Positions 46,980-59,911 of a DNA stretch of 64,000 bases are shown in pieces. Position 1 is the first letter of the stretch. Every line of letters starts with the position of its first letter. The notes under the pieces are model-generated. The model was not told where the DNA came from. It saw only the letters and a program-made list of their open reading frames with translations, and searched no databases. The DNA lies in NCBI GenBank assembly GCA_040285855.1, contig JAUFOQ010000002.1, forward strand, positions 310,001 through 374,000, read 5' to 3'. The translations under genes and the position numbers were made by a program. The stretch comes from Eukaryota sp. GEM-RC1 (taxonomy: Eukaryota).

Positions 46980-48149
46980 ATGGCTTCTAGTCCTCGCCGT
47001 CCTCTTTCTGTATCTGATCTTTCTTCTCGACCAAAGAGTCAGTTCCTCGGAGCTGCTACTTCTCGTACTTCTCGCGTCAGAGACCTAGGGAGCAATGGTA
47101 TGTTCTCCATCTCCCCATTGAGTTTATTCCAGTTCCTGAAACTCCCTGCCAACACAGACTTAACTCTATCCAGGCGCGATTGGAAAATACCAATGTCACC
47201 CCGCGTCATAACCCTCCACTCTCTGCTAAGCCTGAGCCTTCAGCCGGTGACAGGCTGTCCAAGATGATGGCCGATGAAGAAGCAGAACTCAAGCAGCGTG
47301 AGGCAAAAGACATGCTGAAGTTTAAAGATGTACAAAATGAGGTTGACCAACTACGAACTCAATGCTCAAAACTTCAGGCAGAGTTTGAAGCTGAAGAACA
47401 GACCAGGCGCTCCCTCAACTCCACATTCGCTAAGAATCTGGCCATCAAGATTGAAGAGAGATTCATCAAAGTAGAAGCGATGATTACCTCAATGAAGCGC
47501 CAAGTAGCTGAAAGCGAGGAGAACCGTATTAAGATGTTTCAAACCCTCGACCAACGAATCTCTGACGTTACTGGTAGAATTGACCGTGAACGTGATGAAC
47601 GGTCCAAAACTCAACACGAACTTGTGACCACATCCCAACGCCTTGATAACACACTAGTTCGTCTTGAACGATCATTAGAGGAAGTGACTGTAAGGGGTAC
47701 TGACAGCTCTGATGATCAAATGGTCTTCCAACTGCAGCGTGATGTAGCTGATCTCCGTGCTCAGATTGATGTAGAGAGAGAACAGAGAGGTAAGGATGAT
47801 TCTGAGAAGATGAGAATGATTAATGAAGGTATTGACTTTATTAGAGATGGAAAAGAAACGTGGTTACGAATGTTTGACTATAAGATGATGCCTATTAAGC
47901 TCGCACGTGAGGGAGGAAGAGGCTAAAGCAAAGAAACGTCATCAAGAAATGGAGGCTAAGTTTAATCAAATGTCACAGCAAATTCTTCAGTTGTCTGCTC
48001 AGTTGGAGGACGAACGAAAGGCGAGGGATGTTGAGATGAACGATTTGAGAGACTTTGTTGAAAGTGAAGCTCGTATTAGAGAAAAGACTGAACAACAAAT
48101 GACTCAGATTATGGAGACTTATACTCAAAAGTTGGAAAACTATCATTAG
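46980..48149 (+). CDS. SF-assemblin/beta-giardin-like coiled-coil protein; intron 47098-47132; +1 frameshift at 47911-47913
   Basis: Pro/Ser-rich head followed by a coiled coil with ExxxR repeats. C-terminus ESEARIREKTEQQMTQIMETYTQKLE. The 35-nt GTATGT..CCAG intron restores the frame. Confidence 0.65.
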
Positions 48150-48241
48150 AATGTATTTTAAATTTGGTAAAATAAACTGTATGCTAAATTTGTCCTGCAA
48201 CTATGACGTGACTACTCAATGACGTCTGCTGAGAGACAGCC

Positions 48242-51200
48242 ATGTGTTTCAGATTTAGGAAATCTGAACAAAGCAGGAATGTTGAACCTAAACGTTTGAG
48301 TTCACAAATTTCGTCTCAATCAACCATGCAGATCTCTGCTGATAGTCGATCAACTTCGTTGTTGGTAGCTTCTAAAGAACACCTATATCTATGTATCGAC
48401 TCAAATCCCAGTTCCTTTCGACTAGATTCTCCTCCCGATGCTCGAAAAGTGTATGTATGCCCCGCTTGCTATGTCCTTCGCTCGGCCGTCGGTTACACCG
48501 TCGTCGTTCCTCATTCTGACGGCGATTCTCTCAATGTTCGATCTATTGTGCTTACTCTTTCCCCAACGCTTGATTTTGTCAGCTTCCATGCCACACAGTT
48601 TCTTCTTTTTGGCCTCACCTCCGCTGGAAATGTCTATTCATTAGATTTATTTGATACCTCAAAATCTGTCGACATTTCTCTCCCAGCCAAATGCTCTCAA
48701 CTCTCTACTACTGACACGTCCATTGGTTTTGTACTGAAAAATGGAGACTCCTATCTTCTCGATCTCACTTCAAAAACAGCCACTCCTCAACGCCTCCCAT
48801 TGTCCAATGTCAAGAAGCTCTTTCTTGGTGAATCGTACTCTCTATTCCTTACTCATGATCGCAAGTCTCTCCTTCTTGACATGAACAACTTTGATAGTCT
48901 GCAAACCCTAGATCTTCAAATTCAACATGCAGCTTTTCACGACGATCTTCTCCTGTGCTCCACCACTTCGACTCTCTATGTACTCGCTCCTGGAACAAGC
49001 CTCGATCCTCTTTTTTCTCATTCAATGAAGGCCATCTCTAGCATTTCTGCTTCCTCACTAGGCTTCTTTGTAACTTGTGCTGACACGATTTACCGTGTCT
49101 ACACTGGGGAGGACTCTTGGTTTGGTTTGGCTTTTACCTTAACAGAGAAAGAACTTCACGAAAGTCCTGTATTAACGCCTAGTGAAAGGTCTGTCTCTGT
49201 TCCATTTAAAGAGTATGTGCTTGGAGATTCAGCTACTAAGGACTCCACTCCAAAACGTATTGCTAGTCAGATTGACTCAGATGAAACCATTAGAACTACC
49301 TATCTTAACAGATTCATCTCCTTTGGGGATAACTCTTTTGTTGTCATTTCTTCCAATACTTTTCGTCACGTTGACCCAGAACGACCTTTCACGATCACAG
49401 TTCCATTTGAAGATGTTAAACAACTTTTTGTTTCTTCTGGACTCCCGATTGTTCAAACTCTTTCTGACACTTATCATGTTTTTGTTCCTTTAAACGATGA
49501 TTGTTCAAAATATCATTTTCCTAGAATTAAAGAACTAGATGGGTGTAGTATTAAGACTTGCACAATGCTTCCTACAGAGTCTTTTGTTTATGCATTGTCC
49601 AATAATGGATCGTTGTACAAAGTTTATTTGGAAAGAATTATGTCAAGTAGTCAATCAGATGACGAATCTGATGACGAATCTCCTAAATTTGTATCTAAAG
49701 TACCAGATATTGAAAATATTCGACAAATTTCAGTTTCTAAAAACACCATTGCTTGTGTTACCTTTGATGGTAATTTAATCTTTCTAGAAGAAGGCGCAGT
49801 TTTTAAACTCGAATCACTTTCTAATGTTAAACAAGTTGCTTTAGCTGAGTACCACGGTCTAATTGTTTTAAATGATGGAACATTATTGGGATGGGCAAAT
49901 GATAGTGATTGTGGATTTCTTCCTGAATCAGTTGACAAGGTTGCACTTGAATCTCCAATCAAAATTGATTTACCTCCTATGGATTTTGTTGCAGTCACAC
50001 AGGATTTCTCAATGTGTCTCACTTTTGATCAAAAAGTTTATATTTTTGGAAAGAATGCTAACTTTAAAGCTGGAATTGAAGCTGATGATGATCACGTGTT
50101 TGTACCAACTCTATTACCTTTCTCTAAAGTAAAACACGTTGATTGTTCTAAAAAGCTTGCTTTTATCTTCATTGATGACGTCATTCTCAATTGTGGTGGT
50201 CATTATTCAAGGCCAACAAATCCTGAATTCACGGAATTTCTTACAGTAGATGAGGGTTTTTTCCCAAAGCTCAATCAAATAATCAAAACTGATATGTATT
50301 CTTCATCAAATCTTGTTGAAGATCATTTGGAAAACGTCACTGAAGAATCTCATTCTACTGAGTTGCCTTCCACTCCAAAACCTATTGCTGGTCAGATTGA
50401 CTCAGATGAAACCATTAGAACTACCTATCTTAACAGATTCATCTCCTTTGGTGATAACTCTTTTGTTGTCATTTCTTCCAATACTTTTCGTCACGTTGAC
50501 CCAGAACGACCTTTCACGATCACTGTTCCATTCGAAGATGTCAAACAACTTTTTGTTTCTTCTGGACTTCCGATTGTTCAAACTCTTTCAGACACATATC
50601 ACGTTTTTGTTCCTTTAAACGATGATTGTTCAAAATATCATTTTCCTAGAATTAAAGAACTAGATGGATGTAGTATTAAGACTTGCACAATGCTTCCTAC
50701 AGAATCTTTTGTTTATGCATTGTCCAATAATGGATCGTTGTACAAAGTTTATTTGGAAAGAATTATGTCAAGTAGTCGATCAGATGACGAATCTGATGAC
50801 GAATCTCCTAAATTTGTTTCTAAAGTTCCAGATATTGAAAATATTCGACAAATTTCAGTTTCTAAACACACCATTGCTTGTGTTACCTTTGATGGTAGTT
50901 TGATCTTTTTGGAAGAAGACAACGTTTTTAAACTCGAATCACTTTCTAATGTTAAACAAGTTGCTTTAGCTGAGTACCACGGTCTAATTGTTTTAAATGA
51001 TGGAACATTATTTGGCTGGGCTGATGATAGTGATTGTGGATTTCTTCCTGAATCAGTTGACAAGGTTGCACTTGAATCTCCAATCAAAATTGATTTGCCT
51101 CCTATGGATTTTGTTGCGGTCACACAGGATTTCTCAATGTGTCTCACTTTGGATCAAAAAGTTTATATTTTTGGAAAGAATGCTAATTTTAAAGCTGGAA

Positions 51201-54200
51201 TTGAAGCTGATGATGATCACGTGTTTGCACCAACTCTATTACCTTTCTCTAAAGTAAAACACGTTGATTGTTCTAAAAAGCTTGCTTTTATCTTCATTGA
51301 TGACGTCATTCTCAATTGTGGTGGTCATTATTCAAGGCCAACAAATCCTGAATTCACGGAATTTCTTACACAGTAGATGAGGGTTTTTTCCCAAAGCTCA
51401 ATCAAATAATCAAAACTGATATGTATTCTTCATCAAATCTTGTTGAAGATCATTTGGAAAATGTTAATGAAGAACAATCTTGTGCAGCTGACACTGAAGA
51501 AAAAGAAACAAGTGAAGATAACAACGTGTATGACTGTGATGCTAATGATGAGGATCAAAAGTTCAATCAAACTGATTGTAATGAGTTGCCTTACTCAGCT
51601 CCTAGTCACTCCACTCCAGGACCTATTGCCGGTCAGATTGATTGTGATGATGTCATTAGAACTAGCTTTCTTAACAGATTCATTTCTGCTAGTGATATCT
51701 CTTTTGTTGCCCATAGTGCGAATACTTTTCGTCATGTTCATCCTGAAGGATCTTTTACAATCACAGTTCCATTCGAAGATGTTAAACAACTTTTTGTTTC
51801 TTCTGGACTTCCGATTGTTCAAACTCTTTCTGATACTTATCACGTTTTTGTTCCTTTAAACGATGATTGTTCAAAATATCATTTTCCTAGAATTAAAGAA
51901 CTAGATGGGTTCAGTATTAAAACTTTTGTATTACCTTCAGGTAAATTCGATTCTTTTGTCTATGCATTGTCTAATAACGGATCATTGTACAAAGTTTCTG
52001 ATTATGAACCTTCTGATGAATCCTCTATTGAATCCTCTGATGTTGTGTCTAAAGTTCCAGATATTGAAAATATTCGACAAATTTCAGTTTCTAAACACAC
52101 CATTGCTTGTGTTACCTTTGATGGTAATTTAATCTTTCTAGAAGAAGGCGAAGTTTTTAAACTAGAATCACTTTCTAATGTTAAACAAGTTGCTTTAGCT
52201 GAGTACCACGGTCTAATTGTTTTAAATGATGGAACATTATTTGGCTGGGCAGATGATAGTGATTGTGGATTTCTACCTGAATCAGTTGACAAGGTTGCAC
52301 GAGAATCTCCAATCAAAATTGATTTGCCTCCTATGGATTTTGTTGCAGTCTCAAAGAATTTCTCAATGTGTCTCACTTTTGATCAAAAACTTTATATTTT
52401 TGGGGAAAACGATTATTTTAAAGCTGGAATTGAAGCTGATGATGATCACGTGTTTGTACCAACTCTTTTACCTTTCTCTAACGTAAAACACGTTGCTTGT
52501 TGTGATAAGTTTGCTTTTATCTTCATTGATGACGTGATTCTCAAATGTGGTGGTCATTATTCAAAGCCAAAAAATACGGGTTTCAAAGAATTCCTTGTAC
52601 TTGATGGTGGCTTTTCTCCAAAACTCAGTCAAATAATCAAAACTGATTGGGATCGTCCATCAAATCTTCAGCTGTTGACCTCTGCTACTACTGGTCTCGA
52701 TGTGATTGCTGCTGACGATTTCCTTGAAATGTTGTTATTTGTTACCTCAGAGTCTATTGCAATTGCTAAGGGTGAATCCTATGAAAATGAATTAGGAAAC
52801 CCTGACTGTAATCGGGATGAATTTTGCCAAGCATTAAATGTTGATGATACTGTTGCTGTTTTCAAAGGCTATGAGTGCTCATTTTTTAAAAATTCCCAAG
52901 GCAAGGTGTTTGTTTGTGGAAGTACAGAACAACTTGGACTTCAACTCACTGATGAAGCTAAAGAGAGTCTAATTATTCCAGTTTATTATCCAGAACTAGA
53001 TGGAGCTAAGTTTGTATGTGGAGATTCGAGTCATATCTATATTTTATTTGAAAACGGAAGAGTTGGAATTATTCCTAAGGGAAAGAAGTTCTTCTATATT
53101 AAAGCTAGAGATTTTGTTCAAATGACTTTCAATGGCGACTCTGTTTGGGTAGTCAAATCTGATGGATCTGTATTCAGATTCTCTCCGAAGATGCGTAGAA
53201 TTGTTGGTTTGTCCAAGGTTGTTATGCTTTCAGTTAGTGATTATCATGGATTAGCTCTATTACATAGTGGAAATGTTGTTGCCTGGGGAAACACGTCTTT
53301 TCTTGATTATTCTAGTGATGACGTTAGTGATGTTGATCTCAATTTTGATGGATTTAGTACACCTTCCTGTTTCACTTCTGAAGACGAACGAGGGTTTTCT
53401 ACTGCTTCATCATCCTTCAAGTTAATTCCAGATTTAGCTAATATTAAAGCTCTTGCTGCTGGCAATAAGTATTCTCTGTTTGTCACTACTGAAGGTAAAC
53501 TGCTTGTTATTGGAGATAATAGTGAAGGACAACTGGGTATGGGAGACCAAGAAGAAGTTGAGTCATTGACTGAAGTCATTGGTATTGAAGGAGTTACAGG
53601 AGTAAGAACTTTCAAGTACAGTAGTGTTTTAATTGCAAATGGAGAATTCTATGTGACTGGAATGATGGGAAAGTATTTCTTTGGTGAACCATGTAGAGTG
53701 TTTAAGAAAGTTTCAAATGTGGAATTTAGCTCATGTTCTAGTGTTTTATTGGAACAACTTGAGGAAGAAGAAACTGAAGAACTATCAATTGAAGCTACTG
53801 TTGATGAACCATGTGTTGAAGTTGAAACTGAAGAACTATCAACTGAAATTACTGTTGAGGAACCATGTGTTGAAGTTGGAACTGAAATTACTGTTGATGA
53901 ACCATGTGTTGAAGTTGGAACTGAAGAACTATCAACTGAAATTACTGTTGATGAACCATGTGTTGAAGTTGGAACTGAAGAACTATCAACTGAAATTACT
54001 GTTGAGGAACCATGTGTTGAAGTTGGAACTGAAGAACTATCAACTGAAATTACTGTTGAGGAACCATGTGTTGAAGTTGAAACTGAAGAACTATCAACTG
54101 AAATTACTGTTGAGGAACCATGTATTGAAGTTGGAACTGAAATTACTGTTGATGAACCATGTGTTGAAGTTGGAACTGAAGAACTATCAACTGAAATTAC

Positions 54201-56304
54201 TGTTGAGGAACCATGTGTTGAAGTTGGAACTGAAATTACTGTTGATGATCCATGTGTTGAAGTTGGAACTGAAGAACTATCAACTGAAATTACTGTTGAT
54301 GAACCATGTGTTGAAGTTGGAACTGAAATTACTGTTGAGGAACCATGTGTTGATGTTGGAACTGAAGAACCATCAACTGAAATTGCTGTCGAGGAACCAT
54401 GTGTTGATATTGAACCTGAAGAACTATCAACTGAAATTACTGTTGAGGAACCATGTGTTGAAGTTGGAACTGTAATTACTGTTGATGAACCATGTGTTGA
54501 AGTTGGAACTGAAGAACCATCAACTGAAATTACTGTTGAGGAACCATGTGTTGAAGGTGCAACTGAAATTACTGTTGATCAACCATGTGTTGAAGCTGGA
54601 ACTGAAGAACCATCAACTGAAATTACTGTTGAGGAACCATGTGTTGATATTGAAACTGAAGAACCATCAACTGAAATTACTGTTGATGAACCATGTGTTG
54701 AAGTTGGAACTGAAGAACTATCAACTGAAATTACTGTTGAGGAACCATGTGTTGAAGTTGGAACTGAAGAACTATCAACTGAAATTACTGTTGAGGAACC
54801 ATGTGTTGAAGTTGGAACTGAAGAACTATCAACTGAAATTACTGTTGATGAACCATGTGTTGAAGTTGGAACTGAAATTACTGTTGAGGAACCATGTGTT
54901 GAAGTTGGAACTGAAGAACCATCAACTGAAATTGCTGTCGAGGAACCATGTGTTGATATTGAAACTGAGGAACTATCAACTGAAATTACTGTTGAGGAAC
55001 CATGTGTTGGAGTTGGAACTGTAATTACTGTTGATGAACCATGTGTTGAAGTTGGAACTGAAATTACTGTTGAGGAACCATGTGTTGAAGTTGGAACTGA
55101 AGAACCATCAACTGAAATTGCTGTCGAGGAACCATGTGTTGATATTGAAACTGAAGAACTATCAACTGAAACTACTGTTGAGGAACCATGTGTTGAAGTT
55201 GGAACTGTAATAACTGTTGATGAACCATGTGTTGAAGTTGGAACTGAAGAACCATCAACTGAAATTACTGTTGAGGAACCATGTGTTGATATTGAAACTG
55301 AAGAACCATCAACTGAAATTACTGTTGAGGAACCATGTGTTGATATTGAAACTGAAGAACCATCAACTGAAATTACTGTTGAGGAACCATGTGTTGATAT
55401 TGAAACTGAAGAACCATCAACTGAAATTACTGTTGATGAACCATGTGTTGAAGCTGGAACTGAAGAACCATCAACTGAAATTACTGTTGAGGAACCATGT
55501 GTTGAAGTTGGAACTGAAGAACTATCAACTGAAATTACTGTTGAGGAACCATGTGTTGAAGTTGGAACTGAAATTACTGTTGATGAACCATGTGTTGAAG
55601 TTGGAACTGAAGAACCATCAACTGAAATTACTGTTGATGAACCATGTGTTGAAGTTGGAACTGAAGAACCATCACCTGAAATTACTGTTGAGGAACCATG
55701 TGTTGAAGTTGGAACTGAAGAACTATCAACTGAAATTACTTTTGATGAACCATGTGTTGAAGTTGGAACTGAAATTACTGTTGATGAACCATGTGTTGAA
55801 GTTGGAACTGAAATTACTGTTGATGAACCATGTGTTGAAGTTGGAACTGAAGAACCATCAACTGAAATTACTGTTGATGAACCATGTGTTGATATAGAAA
55901 CTGAAGAACCATCAACTGAAGTTACTGTTGATGAACCATGTGTTGAAGTAGAAAAAGAGGAACAGCAAGAAAATGTTAAATTTGAAGGATATTTAACAAA
56001 ACAGGGAAATTTGTTTAAAACTTGGAGAAGAAGATGGTTTGTTTTAGATCAGAATACGCTCAGTTACTTTGGTAAACCCCAAGATTCCAAGCCAAAGAAT
56101 GTAATTGAACTAACTCCTGAAACTACTGCTAAACCTATTCCTGAAGATCTATTCCAATCTTTACGTTTACGCCACCCCATCTCTTGTTGCTTGTTGTTCC
56201 AATCCTCAATAGCTGGGCGACAGTTCTACTTTGTTGCAGACACTCCAGAGGAACGTGATCAATGGATTACAATGATTGAACGTGCTGTTTCAAAATTAAT
56301 GTAG
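48242..56304 (+). CDS. Giant (~2680 aa) protein: RCC1/BLIP-II-like propeller modules, acidic Cys-containing tandem repeat and C-terminal PH domain; 2-nt frameshift at ~51370
   Basis: VKQVALAEYHGLIVLNDGTLFGW and LAAGNKYSLFVTTEGKLLVIGDNSEGQLG (RCC1-like); FEGYLTKQG..KTWRRRWFVL..EERDQWITMIE (PH). The internal duplicate shows the two ORFs are one gene. Confidence 0.85.
49250..52665 (+). repeat. Three ~1.1-kb intragenic duplications
   Basis: Copies 1 and 2 have a 1125-bp period (e.g. 49539 vs 50664) and are near-identical. Copy 3 (~51610-52665) is more diverged. Confidence 0.95.
53795..55950 (+). repeat. Coding minisatellite of interspersed 54-bp and 39-bp units
   Basis: EEPCVEVGTEELSTEITV (18 aa) and DEPCVEVGTEITV (13 aa), roughly 40-45 units. 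Confidence 0.97.
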
Positions 56305-56489
56305 TCGATTCAAAAAAGTAGACATTGCTAGTTGGTTGTTATTGTTTTTGTTGTATTCGAAGATTCTGTAAATAAATTTTCTAAATTTGGTTTTTTAAAT
56401 TTTCGTAAATTAATGGGACATGGGGAAAATCTCCTCTGAAAAGGTTCAAAAATTACCAGTTAATGTGTGTTAAAATTCGTACTGACTTT

Positions 56490-57750
56490 CTTGCATTTTT
56501 TGTTATCAGTGGATCCTGCTGCTTTGAACAATCACATCTTCTCAGATCCTCATCTTGGTGGTATTGGTTTCACTTCGTCTAAATGGTGGACCAAATCTGC
56601 TTTCATTGGTGGTGGTAAGAATTTTGTCTTTGAGTTCTGTAGACGGTACCCAAGTCAAGAAAATCTTCTTGTTTCGACAAGTAGTTTTTTCTTGGTAAAT
56701 TTGAGATCAGAATTGTCGCTAATTTCACCTGACCTCTGGCAAACTTGTTTTCCAGCAGATATTTGTGAAATACCAGAACGATGTGTCACCTCGTTAAAAT
56801 TTGCTCTTAAGAAACTCCAAAAACACCTTTTAAAACATTTTGAATGTCTGGATTTTAAAATTCGACTTGGCTCGGCCAAAGAAAAAAATCCAGCTTTCGC
56901 AAATTTTAATCGATTTGAAGGACAGTTCTTCAGTTGCTTTGATTAACCAAATTCCTCAGATCTATGGTTTGTTGTTGAATGATCAACAATGGACTACAAC
57001 ATTCAGACTTCGATGTTTCTTGTGGCCCTCTAATTTACTCAATGATCTTCAATGCAAATGTGGTAAATTAGTTACTTTTTCTCACCTTTTGAGTTGTAAT
57101 CGTTTCATTACTTATAGAACTTGTATTCATGATGCTGTTAGAGATCAAATTCATGCAATGTGTAAGTCCTACAAAATCGAATCTTTCGTTGAGCCACTGT
57201 TGAGGTCACTGGAAATCAATAATTCAAAAAATAGTGATTCTGATAAGACTTTTGGTAAAAAGAGCTGATCTCATCAGTCAACGATGAACTAACCGTTGTT
57301 GATGTGATTACTGTGGATGTTTGCAAAAAAAGTGCATTCAAGGATGCTAAAAATGAAGTTTCTCCACTGAATTCTTCAGAACAATACAAGAGAAACAAAT
57401 ATGATGAACCACTGACTGCTCTCAAACATATTAGACATGTTGAGTACAAATTATGTCCTTTTGCAATTTCAATTTATGGTCGACTTGGTAGAGATGCTCT
57501 TTGTTTTCTTTCCGATTTTGAGAAAGTGGTTAAAAAAAGAATGAACAAGAAATTTGATTTCAAATTTTGGTTGAATCGTATTGTTTTTACAATATTTAAA
57601 ACGATTCCTATCATGATTTCAAAAGCTCTATTGGCTCTCAGTGTTTTTTATGAAGAAAAAAGCTGATGTGAGTTTTAATGGCAATGATTGTTGCTTTAAT
57701 GATATTGAGTTCTATTATTTGTGTTTATTTTAGTGTTTTTATTCCATAAA
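56490..57750 (+). mobile_element. 5'-truncated CRE-like non-LTR retrotransposon (subfamily A), frameshifted
   Basis: HLGGIGF (end of RT/thumb), Zn knuckle and RLE. Near-identical to 31707-32767, and similarity ends at CCATAAA in both. Confidence 0.87.
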
Positions 57751-57914
57751 TTGTATATACGGTAAAAAAAGTCAATGTGTGTCATGTTTTTGTTTCTTTC
57801 AAAGTTTCGATCGATGTCCAAGTTAATTAAATCAATTAACACAAAATTGTATAAGAACTGTGGTTCTGTTGATCAGGAATTTTCTGTGTATAGTATTTCA
57901 TAGGTTTTGTGTTT

Positions 57915-58250
57915 CATTTATTAACAAGTTTTTCCAAAGATTGATATCATTAATACAACATCGATCACTATTAAAGCGACATCAACCTTATGCTTAGAAT
58001 ATTTGGTAAGTAAAACGATGGAGACGATTAAGCAAATTGTCTTAAAGAACAGTAAACAAATGGTCCGATTACACCAGACATTTTGTCCAAAGCATCTATT
58101 CATCAGCTAAGTTATGTGGCTAGTTGTTGTTGTAAATCGATATACTAGTATCACATTTTATAAAACCAAAACAATAAGGTAAGTATAAAAACTAGAACTC
58201 AATATCAATATCATCAAAGGAACACTCATAGTCATCAAAACTCATATTGA
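57915..58250 (-). mobile_element. Highly degenerate CRE-like 3'-end remnants
   Basis: VWCNRTICLLFFKTI resembles FWLNRIVFTIFKTI. 58192-58248 resembles the subfamily A stop region. Confidence 0.5.
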
Positions 58251-58421
58251 AGAAATAGGGTAATCACTGACATTTACAGTACTTTATGATGGAGTTCAAC
58301 TTAATAATGTGTTCATCAATGAGTGTTGACGCCTTTACAAGAGAATGTCAACATACACATATTGTATTATTTACATCATCACTAAAATAGATGTTGACAT
58401 CACGTCAGTAAAATAGAGGAT

Positions 58422-58889
58422 CTAAGAATTAAAGTTGCTGTTTGGTGCGAAGAATTGTTCAATCATTGGTCTCACCATTGCACCTAAGGGAGTTGCCATA
58501 AGTTTTTGTGGAAGTTCAATTATTGACGACGGAAGAGAATTTCCAACAAGAAAGTCAACAGCGTCGTTAGTAAAGTTGTTGCAATTCAGTTCCAGCAAGT
58601 TATAGGAAGTTGAGGAGTACTTGCTAGTGGCCGTTCTCAACCACTCCTGGAAGAGTTCTTGAGGAATTTCTGTCTGACCAAAATCCAGAAACTGAACAGG
58701 ATTCCCATGTCCTGATTGTAGTGGGGGGCACTGCTGAATTCCCATCCCGAAAAAGTACTCTGTGTTATATACACACACTGATGTGTGAGGAATTATGTCA
58801 ATGGCATTTTGAGGGCCCAGAAGCATTGGAGAGAAACTTTTAGCCATGCCGAAGCTGATGTCATACAAAAAGACTTGAACAGATGTCAT
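58422..58889 (-). CDS. DESI1: PPPDE/DeSI desumoylating isopeptidase
   Basis: VFLYDISFGMA..HTSVCVYNTEYFFG..YNLLELNCNNFT (His/Cys dyad). Confidence 0.9.
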   Translation of the reverse strand: MTSVQVFLYDISFGMAKSFSPMLLGPQNAIDIIPHTSVCVYNTEYFFGMGIQQCPPLQSGHGNPVQFLDFGQTEIPQELFQEWLRTATSKYSSTSYNLLELNCNNFTNDAVDFLVGNSLPSSIIELPQKLMATPLGAMVRPMIEQFFAPNSNFNS

Positions 58890-59911
58890 TTAAGAAGGTC
58901 CAGGCTAAATACACACCCCCACGGACGACAATTTTTCCTTGACACAACAATTCTTCCCCTGATTGATTCCTTCTCATCTCAATCCATCTATCCCGTACAT
59001 GTTTTCCTCAATGCATTACACTCTGTGTTTTCTTTTTAGGAGTAGTGTTTACTTAAGCGAACGTGTTCAGCAAGCATTAATATATTGGCTTCCATTTTAT
59101 TACAACTCTTTCCCAGAGCTCAGACATTGTGACCTATCGCTCTATGATCAGAAGACAACGGAAATTTAGTGATACTCTAGTTACTGTAAGATTGCCCTGT
59201 GACACCTGCTTCCCACATTTGACTCATGGAGAAGTTAGCAGAAAGAGTAGAACATGTTTGGTTTATTGATGCAGATAAATGTGTCTTATATCATGCAGAT
59301 CATACTGTCCATACACCAGGTACAACAACTGACTTTAATTATGATGTACGTTGCAATTTATTAAATTCAAGCTTGTAGTCTTCCATTGAAAGCTGATAAC
59401 TTCCTTTTTGAGAAGTGATGTCTATCGGTACGTCAAATGTGTCAGGCTTGTTTCTTAAAAGCCCTAGCCATGCTGTTGACTACTTACTGATGACTATCAT
59501 CCACAGGGGCACTTAGGAATACCTATCAAGCTGTTGTCGAAGAAAAGTAGGATCTCAATTTACGAGTTCAAAACCTGAAATAGTGAATGCCGCTAAGAAC
59601 AACGAGGAAATAGTGAGAACAATAAGCAATTACTGTTACAGAGGAAAGAAGAAAGAAACAGATGAGATAACATAATGTATAACAATATCAATAAAGGAAA
59701 GTCTGTGTTTGCAAGGAAAGTAGATGGAGAGAACAACGGCAACCAAGAAAAAGAATTGTTGTGCGAGAAAGAAAATGTCGTTCGTGGGGGTGTGTATTTA
59801 GCCTATCCCTTTAAGAATTATCTAAAAAACTTTTTTGCCAAATGTCTTCAGATGACACTGACTATTCGAAAACATCTCTAGGCTCAGACACGTTCGGTAC
59901 ATCTACTCTAG

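Noticed and set aside
53681..55897. Long alternative-frame Leu/Lys ORFs (LKLLLRNHVLK..) and a CRISPR-like appearance
   Set aside because: These are shadow frames of the coding minisatellite. Units are contiguous with no unique spacers and there are no cas genes.
58930..59400. Possible small spliced gene divergent from DESI1
   Set aside because: Only short ORF pieces; no convincing start, splice model or homology.
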